Positions 57,801 through 64,000 of a stretch of DNA of 64,000 nucleotides are shown here, piece by piece; the first letter of the stretch is position 1; each line of letters opens with the position of its first letter. The notes beneath the pieces are model-generated. The model was not told the origin of the DNA. It did no database searches and worked only from the letters and a program-made list of their open reading frames with translations. The DNA lies in the NCBI GenBank assembly GCA_964495385.1, contig CAZBVO010000001.1, positions 2,127-66,126 on the forward strand. Reading direction: 5' to 3'. The stretch is from an uncultured Faecalibacterium sp. (GTDB taxonomy: Bacteria; Bacillota; Clostridia; Christensenellales; CAG-917). The translations under genes were made by a program, and so were the position numbers.

Positions 57801-57917
57801 CGGATTGCCTTCATTTTTCTCTACACTTTTCTTAAAAACGTCGTTTTCTTTCCAGAATGCCAAAACCTCTTTTTCTCTGTCCACGAAATTGAGGCCGGTA
57901 TCAACTTTTTTATACAT
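54813..57917 (-). CDS. ileS: isoleucine--tRNA ligase (long type 2 form)
   Basis: HIGH (GKPHIGH), KMSKS (KMSKHKGN) and a CP1 editing domain. The start is set at MYKKVDTGLNF (ATG 57915-57917) after GAGGAG, giving ~1034 aa. Confidence 0.95.
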   Translation of the reverse strand: MYKKVDTGLNFVDREKEVLAFWKENDVFKKSVEKNEGNPEFSFFDGPPTANGKPHIGHILTRVMKDIIPRYKTMKGYHVLRKAGWDTHGLPVELEVEKLLGIDGKPEIEKYGVEPFIQKCKESVWKYKHEWEVMSDRVGYWADMDNPYVTYDDNYIESVWWSLKEIDKKDLIYKGHKVVPYCPRCGTALSSHEVAQGYKDVKDTSAYVKFKVKGEEGTFFLAWTTTPWTLPSNVALCMNAKTDYVKIKVGDEKYILAESLVPSLFEDYEIVDRKKGKDYEYVEYEPLFDFYKEGKKAFFVTNAEYVTTTDGTGVVHIAPAFGEDDTQVGRAYGLPLVQFVDTRGKMTAECGEDLEGLFVKDADKVVLRKLKEAGLLFKKAEFEHSYPFCWRCDTPLIYFARSSWFIKMTAVRDNLLKNNNAVNWMPASIKNGRMGNFLENVIDWGFSRERYWGTPLPIWICDKCGKRHVIGSRKELCELAGLEKAPELHKPYLDPITWDCDCGGTFRRTPEVMDCWYDSGSMPFAQWHYPFENKETFEKVFPANFISEAVDQTRGWFYTLLAISTLLFDKNPFENCIVLGHVNDKNGIKMSKHKGNVVDPFSVLDVQGADAVRWYFYTASAPWLPSRFSADNVSEAQRKFMGTLWNTYAFYVLYADIDKFNPCEHKLEDQQLTTMDKWLLSSLNSLIAYVDEALNEYKITESARAIGDFVDDLSNWYVRRSRERFWGSDMTKDKEAAYTTLSHVLIELSKVIAPFVPFMAEQIYQNLAKNFDKNAPVSVHLCQFPKADFTAIDKSLEDGMKEVIKVVTLGRACRNKANVKNRQPLSVLYVKGKPLTDELKALVADELNVKEVSSSASDREFITYELKPQLKTIGPKYGPLLGKIKAFLASADGFEIVDAIENGVYTTEIDGKTVEFSKDDLLVSVKDREGFAAETEGDVTVILNTAVTPELVSEGLAREIVSKVQTMRKEAGFEVVDHIVIGLKASDEIKQAAIANAFVKRVTLAEDVVDELDGYVKEWDINGENVMLSVKKIG

Positions 57918-57958
57918 AGATGCTCCTCTAAATGCCGTTTGGCTCAAATTATTTTCGT

Positions 57959-59446
57959 TTATGCGACGATGACGTAATTGACCGTCAACAGTCTGCCGCC
58001 GGCCCAGCCGACGTAAATTTCGTTTTCTCTTTCGGTGTTCATGTCGATGTCGTCCGGTGTCAAGCGCACCATATCCGGCACCGTCAGCAAAATGACCGAC
58101 CTTGTGTCTGCATTAAGCTGTTGTTGCAAATTCAATTCCTTAGTGCTTCCGTCGTCATAGGTCATCAAAACGTAGGCATCGCCGAAATCGAAGGTGTCGC
58201 CTGCCGAATAAACCAGCGTAACGGTGCCGCTCGCCTCGGAATAGGACGTAAAGCCCTTCATGCTTTCAACGTTTTTGACCTCCATTTTTTCAACCCTTGC
58301 GGTAACGATGTACTCTGTTTCGCAGCAGTACTCGGTGCCGTTTGGCGTAGTGTAAAACACGTTGAGCTTGAATCTGCCGCCTTTTGACGTATCGAAGCCG
58401 CTTTCTTCGATTCTGACAGATGCGTCGCTTACTCCCACTTCTGCGGTAACGCCGCCGACAAATTTGATTTTCAGCGTGCTTTCGACAATGTTTATTTTGT
58501 CGCCGACGTAGTAGTTAAGCTCGCCGGTTGCCGCCGAAAACACAACGGATTCTATTTGATTTTCGTCGTAAACGGTGTAAGTGAACGCAATTTCGAAACT
58601 CGCGTCGCAATCGCTGAGCGACGGAGTGTATTTAAGCGTCATTTTTTTGTCCGTGCCCGTCTCGGACGAATCGAAGCCCGAAATCATATCGGCGGTAACT
58701 TGGACCGTCGCACTCTCGCCGAGGCTGGTTTCCGTCAGCAGTTGCAAATTACCCACGTCGACGTCTTCGCTTTTAAGATAGACCGTGCGAGGGGTACCCG
58801 TCAATGCAATAGAATGCACGAAAGGATAGCCCACCACCTTGTAATCGAGTTCGTAAATTTCGGCCAGGAAGGTAACTTTAAGTTTATACTCGCCGGCAAC
58901 TTCCGTCGAAAATCCCGAAACCGAAAAGTTGTAGCCCGTTTTGTTGGCCGCCGCCGTAACTTTAAGCACGGTGGACGACGTCGAATTTCTCTTTTTGATG
59001 CTAAATTTAGACGAACCCCACAAAACGGAATTTCCCACCGTGTATACCGATTGGAAATCTTCCGAGTCAAACTCTACTCCGTCGTAGGTCGACGACACCA
59101 TGTACGGAACGTTCACCGACTGTCCGCCCGTCGACACCTTTATAAATCCGACGGTTTCGTCGACAGCGGTGCCCGTGGTCATCACGGAAAAATCGTTTTC
59201 GTTTAAATTGATGTCCTTTTCGGTGCCGTCCGAGTAGCGAACCGTTATGACACAACCGTCAAACAGCACGTCTTCGCCCGGCAAATAGTACCTTTTTGTC
59301 GGCAGATTTTTGATTTCGAGCGAGCTTACCGACAGCGAATCGGGCTTGTCCTCCGAGCGGAACAAAACCACCGCCGCAATCACCGCCGAAACGGCAATCA
59401 CCGCAATAAGCAACAGCACGATAAGTTTTTTGTTTTTGTCGTTCAT
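57959..59446 (-). CDS. membrane-anchored surface protein with tandem bacterial Ig-like repeats
   Basis: It has an N-terminal TM (LIVLLLIAVIAVSAVIAAVVLF), then ~5 beta-rich modules with recurring ...GD.FDF.G..V.V.YSDGT.K...L motifs (Big_3-like). Confidence 0.6.
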   Translation of the reverse strand: MNDKNKKLIVLLLIAVIAVSAVIAAVVLFRSEDKPDSLSVSSLEIKNLPTKRYYLPGEDVLFDGCVITVRYSDGTEKDINLNENDFSVMTTGTAVDETVGFIKVSTGGQSVNVPYMVSSTYDGVEFDSEDFQSVYTVGNSVLWGSSKFSIKKRNSTSSTVLKVTAAANKTGYNFSVSGFSTEVAGEYKLKVTFLAEIYELDYKVVGYPFVHSIALTGTPRTVYLKSEDVDVGNLQLLTETSLGESATVQVTADMISGFDSSETGTDKKMTLKYTPSLSDCDASFEIAFTYTVYDENQIESVVFSAATGELNYYVGDKINIVESTLKIKFVGGVTAEVGVSDASVRIEESGFDTSKGGRFKLNVFYTTPNGTEYCCETEYIVTARVEKMEVKNVESMKGFTSYSEASGTVTLVYSAGDTFDFGDAYVLMTYDDGSTKELNLQQQLNADTRSVILLTVPDMVRLTPDDIDMNTERENEIYVGWAGGRLLTVNYVIVA

Positions 59447-59447
59447 G

Positions 59448-60986
59448 TTAAATAAGTGCGTTTCCGGTCATTTCGTTCGGAACCGGAATCTCCATCATTT
59501 TCAGCATGGTAGGCGCAAGGTCCGAAAGCCTGCCGCCTTCTCTCAATTTACCGTATTCGACTTTGTCGTCCACAAGAATAACCGGCACCGGATTGGTGGT
59601 GTGTGCGGTAAACGGACTGCCGTCTTCGGCAACCATTTTGTCGGCATTGCCGTGATCTGCGGTTACGATGGCCATGCCGCCAACCGACAGAATCGCATCC
59701 AACACGGTTTTGAGGCAATCTTCAACTGCGGCAACGGCTTTTTCGGCCGCTTCCATAATGCCAGTGTGGCCGACCATATCGCAGTTTGCAAAATTCAAAA
59801 TCATTGCGCCGTACTTGCCGCTTTTTATTGCTTCGGCCGCCTTTTCGGCGACTTCGTACGCGCTCATTTCAGGTTTGAGGTCGTAAGTGGCAACCTTCGG
59901 AGACGGAACCAAAATGCGGTCCTCGCCCTCGTTAGGCGCTTCTACTCCGCCGTTAAAGAAAAACGTGACGTGCGCATATTTTTCCGTTTCGGCAATTCTC
60001 AACTGCTTTATGCCTTGGCTTGCAAAATATTCGCCCAAAGTATTTTTGAGGCTTTGCGGTTTGAAGGCAACTTCCAAATTGTCGAAAGTGGCGTCGTAAC
60101 GAGTCATCGAAACGTACGTCAAATCGAGGTAGCCGCATTTTCTGTCAAAACCGTCAAAATCTTTGAAGGTGAAGGCACGGGTAATTTCCCTTGCACGGTC
60201 CGGACGGAAATTGAAAAACACGACGCTGTCGCCCTTTTCGATTTTTGCCACCGGTTCGCCGTCGGCGCCCAAAATCACGCTCGGCACCACAAATTCGTCG
60301 GTAACGCCTCTTGCGTAACTATCCTCGATGGCTTCGGCCGCACTATTAAATTTCAGCCCTTCGCCCAGCGTCATTGCGTCAAAGCCTTTTTCCACCCTGT
60401 CCCAGCGGTTGTCGCGGTCCATAGGATAATACCTGCCCGCAACCGTTGCGATTTTGCCGAAACCGATTTCGGCCATGTAAGCTTCCAGCTCCCTGACAAA
60501 TTCGATGCCGCTTGTCGGCGGAACGTCTCTGCCGTCCATAAAGCAATGGACGTAAACGTTGTCAAGCCCCTGCTCTTTTGCCATTTTGATAAGCGCTTTC
60601 AGGTGCACGATATGGCTGTGAACGCCGCCGTTGCCCAAAAGCCCCATGACGTGAAGTTTTTTGCCGTTACGCTTGGCGTTGTCCATTGCGTGCAAAAATG
60701 CTTCATTCTCAAAAAAGTCGCCGTCGTCGATGGCCTTTGTGATTTTTGTAAGTTCCTGATAAACGATGCGCCCGGCGCCCATGTTCAGATGTCCCACTTC
60801 ACTGTTGCCCATCTGGCCGTCGGGAAGCCCTACGTCCATGCCGCTAGCGCCGATAAGGGTGTTGCTGTAACGGGACGTAAGTTTGTTGATGTAAGGCGTG
60901 CCTTCGGCGTAAATGGCATTGCCCGAAGTGCTTTCGGAAATGCCGAATCCGTCCAAAATTATAAGGCCGCAAAATCTGTTGTTCAT
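59448..60986 (-). CDS. gpmI: 2,3-bisphosphoglycerate-independent phosphoglycerate mutase
   Basis: LIILDGFG, NSEVGHLNMGAGR and ADHGN motifs. The start is set at MNNRFCGL (ATG 60984-60986) after GGAGGAGG. The track ORF's 43 extra codons cover the terminator region. Confidence 0.94.
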   Translation of the reverse strand: MNNRFCGLIILDGFGISESTSGNAIYAEGTPYINKLTSRYSNTLIGASGMDVGLPDGQMGNSEVGHLNMGAGRIVYQELTKITKAIDDGDFFENEAFLHAMDNAKRNGKKLHVMGLLGNGGVHSHIVHLKALIKMAKEQGLDNVYVHCFMDGRDVPPTSGIEFVRELEAYMAEIGFGKIATVAGRYYPMDRDNRWDRVEKGFDAMTLGEGLKFNSAAEAIEDSYARGVTDEFVVPSVILGADGEPVAKIEKGDSVVFFNFRPDRAREITRAFTFKDFDGFDRKCGYLDLTYVSMTRYDATFDNLEVAFKPQSLKNTLGEYFASQGIKQLRIAETEKYAHVTFFFNGGVEAPNEGEDRILVPSPKVATYDLKPEMSAYEVAEKAAEAIKSGKYGAMILNFANCDMVGHTGIMEAAEKAVAAVEDCLKTVLDAILSVGGMAIVTADHGNADKMVAEDGSPFTAHTTNPVPVILVDDKVEYGKLREGGRLSDLAPTMLKMMEIPVPNEMTGNALI

Positions 60987-61043
60987 ATATGCCTCCTCCG
61001 CCTTTCGGCGGAAATTTATTTTCGAAATAAGGCCGATAGTCGG

Positions 61044-61072
61044 CAAAAAAATACCGCTTGAAAAGAAGCGGT
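61044..61072 (-). terminator. terminator/attenuator between tpiA and gpmI
   Basis: ACCGCTT (61053-61059) / AAGCGGT (61066-61072), followed on the minus strand by ATTTTTTTG. A second GC-rich hairpin lies at 61081-61102. Confidence 0.55.
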
Positions 61073-61118
61073 TTTCAGCCGCGCCCTTGCAAGCAAGGGC
61101 GCAACCAAAATCCAAAGG

Positions 61119-61874
61119 TTATGCGTCGTAGTTTACGACAAGGCTGAAGTCAACTGCCTTAAGGCTTGCTCCGCCGATGAGGCCGCCGTCGATTTCAGGC
61201 ATGGCCATAAGTTCTTTAACGTTTTTAGGGTTCATGCTGCCGCCGTACTGAATGCGAACTTTGTTTTCGGCACAATTTGCGCAGTAAAGGTTCTTGACGG
61301 TGTCGCGAATGATTCTGATGGTGTCGTTTGCAACTTCTGCGGTTGCGGTTTTGCCGGTTCCGATTGCCCAAACCGGTTCATAAGCGATGACTACTCTGTC
61401 CAGATCGTCGGAAGAAACGTCTTTCAAAGCTTCGGTGGTTTGACGAACCAAAACTTCTTCGACTTTGCCGCCTTCTCTTTCTTCGAGAGTTTCGCCTACG
61501 CAAACGATAGGTTTAAGCCCTTTTGCCAAAGCGGTTTTGACGCGAGCGTTTACGGTTTGATCGGTTTCGCCGAAATACTGACGGCGTTCGCTGTGGCCGA
61601 TGATAACGTATTCTACGCCAAGTTCCAAAAGCATGTCTGCGGAAATTTCACCGGTAAACGCACCTTTTTCTGCCCAGTGCACGTTTTCGGCTCCGACTTT
61701 AACGTTGCTGCCCTTGGTCATTTCGACTGCGGTTGCGAGATCGGTGTACGGAGTGCAAATGACTACGTCGCAATTTGCGTCCTTAACCAGCGGAAGCAAA
61801 TCGGTGATAAGAGCCTTGGTGGCAGCGATGGTGTTGTTCATTTTCCAGTTGCCGGCAATGATAGGTTTTCTCAT
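61119..61874 (-). CDS. tpiA: triosephosphate isomerase
   Basis: 251 aa with IAGNWKMN, IGHSERR, YEPVWAIGTG and GGASL motifs. Confidence 0.96.
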   Translation of the reverse strand: MRKPIIAGNWKMNNTIAATKALITDLLPLVKDANCDVVICTPYTDLATAVEMTKGSNVKVGAENVHWAEKGAFTGEISADMLLELGVEYVIIGHSERRQYFGETDQTVNARVKTALAKGLKPIVCVGETLEEREGGKVEEVLVRQTTEALKDVSSDDLDRVVIAYEPVWAIGTGKTATAEVANDTIRIIRDTVKNLYCANCAENKVRIQYGGSMNPKNVKELMAMPEIDGGLIGGASLKAVDFSLVVNYDA

Positions 61875-61932
61875 TTTAATACCTCTTTAAAATTTTTTTA
61901 TTGTAAAACGCCTTGCGGCAGGTTTTCGATTT

Positions 61933-62133
61933 TTAGTCTTTCGTTACAATTTTGGTGATGTAAATTCTGTTCACAAGCTGAAACTTCTTTTTGAAGTTGC
62001 GCTGTTCGCTTTCCAGTTTAATAAAGCCGTCGTCAAAATCAACAACCTTACCTTTTACGGCAAAGTCGTTCATAACGCAGACAGACACTTCCGTGCCGTC
62101 CTCTTTAAGTTGCGAAAGCAATTTGTTGTCCAT
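61933..62133 (-). CDS. small beta-rich protein (66 aa) with an Sm/Hfq-like sequence pattern, between pgk and tpiA
   Basis: MDNKLLSQLKEDGTEVSVCVMNDFAVKGKVVDFDDGFIKLESEQ...RIYITKI. The start is set at ATG 62131-62133 with AGGAG 6 nt upstream. The longer track ORF has no RBS. Confidence 0.5.
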   Translation of the reverse strand: MDNKLLSQLKEDGTEVSVCVMNDFAVKGKVVDFDDGFIKLESEQRNFKKKFQLVNRIYITKIVTKD

Positions 62134-62273
62134 AACGTACTCCTTATTTGAAATAACGGCAAGTGCGGATTGCCTTTGCTCCGCCCGTTGAGCCTCAAAA
62201 ACGGCAAAAGCCGACGAGCCTGCCGCCATGATAGCGGCATAGTTGGGTGGATTTTGCCTTTGCGCCGCCACTT

Positions 62274-63590
62274 TTAGTCGCGATCGTTAAGGCAAGCGAT
62301 GCCCGGCAATACTTTGCCTTCAAACAGCTCGAGGCTTGCGCCGCCGCCCGTGGAAATGTGAGTCATTTTGTCCGCAAAACCGAGTTGGGCAACCGCAGCC
62401 GCACTGTCGCCGCCGCCGATTATGGTTGTTGCGTCGCTTGCTTCCGCAAGAGCTTTTGCCACAGCAATAGTGCCTTTTGCAAGAGTCGGATTTTCAAACA
62501 CGCCCATCGGTCCGTTCCAAATTACGGATTTTGCATTTTTGATTTCGGCCGCATAAAGCTCGGCCGTCTTAGGTCCGATATCCATGCCCATCATGTCGGC
62601 AGGGATTTTGTCGATGTCAACGACTTTGGTTTGAATTTCGGCATCGATAGGAGCAGGGAAAGATGCGGTGCAAACGGCATCTACCGGCAGAAGCAATTTT
62701 TTGCCGAGTTCGTTTGCCTTTTCGATCATCTTCTTGCAGTAGTCGAGTTTGGTGTCGTCGCAAAGGGACAGGCCTATTTCGTTGCCCTGCGCTTTTGCGA
62801 ACGTATAGCTCATGCCGCCGCCGATGATAAGGGTGTCGCATTTTGTAAGCAAATTGTCGATAACGTTAAGTTTGTCGGCAACTTTTGCTCCGCCCAAAAT
62901 GGCAACGAACGGACGAACCGGATGTTCCAAAGTGTCGGCCATAACCGACAGTTCTTTTTCGATAAGGAAACCGCAAACCGCAGTTTTTACAAAGCCGTAT
63001 TCGGCGATGGCGGCCGTAGTTGCGTGCGAACGGTGTGCCGTGCCGAAAGCGTCGTTAACGTAAATATCGCAATAAGTTGCCAATTTTTTGCAAAGTGCTT
63101 CGTCTCGTTTTTCTTCGCCTTTGTCGAAACGGGTGTTTTCAAGCAAAACGACTTCGCCGTCCTTGATTTCGGCAACCAATTTGTCGCTGCAAGGGCCTAC
63201 GAAATCATCGCTCATCTTGACGGTTTGTCCCAATTTTTCCGAAAGTTTTTCGGCAACCGGACGCAACGAAAGTTTTTGACGGTCCTTTGCTGCCTTTTTA
63301 AGCATTTCGGCTTCGGCGGCCGCCCTGTCTGCTTCAGGCATAGCTTCGAGCTTTGCCTTTTCCTTTTTGTTAAGTCCCCAATTTTCGGACAAAACGTTGT
63401 GCGGCTTGCCCATGTGCGAGCAAAGTATGACCTTGGCACCGTGAGCGACAAGATATTCTATTGTCGGCAATGCGCCGTTGATGCGGTTTTCGTCGGTGAT
63501 GACACCGTCTTTCATCGGTACGTTAAAGTCGCACCTTACCAAGCATTTTTTACCTTTGACGTCAACGTCTCTGACAGTTTTTTTATTCAT
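62274..63590 (-). CDS. pgk: phosphoglycerate kinase (with a ~35-40-aa insertion after the SHxGxP loop)
   Basis: [24 protein letters not shown] and STGGGASLE motifs. The start is set at [10 protein letters not shown] (ATG 63588-63590) after GGAGA. It is 438 aa, against the usual ~395. Confidence 0.94.
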   Translation of the reverse strand: MNKKTVRDVDVKGKKCLVRCDFNVPMKDGVITDENRINGALPTIEYLVAHGAKVILCSHMGKPHNVLSENWGLNKKEKAKLEAMPEADRAAAEAEMLKKAAKDRQKLSLRPVAEKLSEKLGQTVKMSDDFVGPCSDKLVAEIKDGEVVLLENTRFDKGEEKRDEALCKKLATYCDIYVNDAFGTAHRSHATTAAIAEYGFVKTAVCGFLIEKELSVMADTLEHPVRPFVAILGGAKVADKLNVIDNLLTKCDTLIIGGGMSYTFAKAQGNEIGLSLCDDTKLDYCKKMIEKANELGKKLLLPVDAVCTASFPAPIDAEIQTKVVDIDKIPADMMGMDIGPKTAELYAAEIKNAKSVIWNGPMGVFENPTLAKGTIAVAKALAEASDATTIIGGGDSAAAVAQLGFADKMTHISTGGGASLELFEGKVLPGIACLNDRD

Positions 63591-63629
63591 AAAAAGAACT
63601 CTCCTTTTAATATTCAATAATCTTTTGAT

Positions 63630-63658
63630 ATTATATCATACACATATAATTTTTGCAA
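63630..63658 (-). promoter_or_regulatory. candidate sigma-A promoter for pgk (TTGCAA-17-TATAAT)
   Basis: Complement of 63653-63658 is TTGCAA. After a 17-nt spacer, the complement of 63630-63635 is TATAAT, ~40 nt upstream of the pgk ATG. Confidence 0.55.
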
Positions 63659-63678
63659 CCTTTCCAAAACTATTTTAC

Positions 63679-63705
63679 AAAAAAGCCCGCGGAAATTTCC
63701 GCAGG
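63679..63705 (-). terminator. terminator after trmL
   Basis: GCGGAAA/TTTCCGC palindrome (63689-63702), followed on the minus strand by GGGCTTTTTTG. Confidence 0.6.
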
Positions 63706-63713
63706 CAGCAAAA

Positions 63714-64000
63714 TCAATATTTAGTCAAATGTCCGATTTCGTTTAAACCTTCAAAATTTTGCTGGCGCAACGCCTCGTACAAAATAATCGCAACGCTGTT
63801 TGAAAGGTTCAAACTTCTTAGGTCGGAAAACATCGGAATGCGTATACAAGAGCCGTAATTGTCGTGCAACAAATCCTCGGGAAGCCCCCTCGTTTCCGGC
63901 CCGAAAATAAGGTAATCGTCGGGCAAAAAGTCAACCTTGTCGTATCTTTGCGCCGACTTTGTGCTTGCATAAAAATACCGTCCCTTATTTTTCGACTTAA
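63714..64000 (-). CDS. trmL: tRNA (cytidine/uridine-2'-O)-methyltransferase TrmL, SpoU family (N-terminus outside the window)
   Basis: The C-terminal sequence DYLIFGPETRGLPEDLL...IRIPM...RSLNLSNSVAIILYEALRQ is typical of TrmL. The frame stays open upstream of the track's TTG start, all the way to position 64000. Confidence 0.85.
   Translation of the reverse strand, partial: KSKNKGRYFYASTKSAQRYDKVDFLPDDYLIFGPETRGLPEDLLHDNYGSCIRIPMFSDLRSLNLSNSVAIILYEALRQQNFEGLNEIGHLTKY

Noticed and set aside
57918-57958. A possible T-box riboswitch or attenuator upstream of ileS.
   Set aside because: Only 41 nt separate ileS from the preceding stop codon. No specifier or terminator helices are possible in that space.
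61081-61102. GC-rich perfect hairpin GCGCCCTTGC-AAGC... (GCGCCCTTG/CAAGGGCGC) after tpiA, considered as a REP-like or mobile repeat.
   Set aside because: It occurs only once in the window and has no U tract of its own. It is most simply part of the tandem terminator/attenuator structure between tpiA and gpmI.

Overview
The window looks like a chromosomal segment from a spore-forming Firmicute of Clostridia/Bacilli type. Gene order is Bacillus-like: ylxM-ffh-rpsP-rimM-trmD, dnaG-sigA, yqfC-yqfD...ybeY-era-yqzL-recO, and pgk-tpiA-gpmI. About 60 of 65 genes are on the minus strand. Most of the content is housekeeping: ribosome/SRP genes, a galK/galT/lacZ cluster, the macromolecular-synthesis operon, ppdK, a DnaB-type helicase, pepF, a ParE/ParC-like type IIA topoisomerase, murG, ileS and glycolytic genes. 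I saw no rRNA, tRNA, CRISPR array, IS element or transposase.

The one clearly accessory region is an ~11.4-kb phage-derived island at ~41.76-53.0 kb. It encodes a P22-style head/neck morphogenesis operon (TerL, portal, scaffold, HK97-type capsid, adaptor-size, hub-size and coiled-coil proteins), two holin-like peptides, a RinA/sigma-region-4-like regulator and an odd membrane protein with an Arg-Asp-Tyr repeat tail. It has no integrase, replication, immunity, tailspike or endolysin genes. The regulator's upstream region carries phased TTTGTCGAA (Spo0A-box-like) motifs and a leader terminator. I flag this island as a candidate domesticated, GTA-like particle locus.

Other observations:
- a free-standing 19-codon hydrophobic mini-gene upstream of ylxM-ffh
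- an SSB-tail-like acidic extension on DnaB
- an unannotated 41-codon leucine-zipper ORF in the island
- a small Sm-like ORF inside the pgk-tpiA operon
- an insertion in Pgk

All functional calls rest on motif and synteny recognition by eye. No database search was possible.
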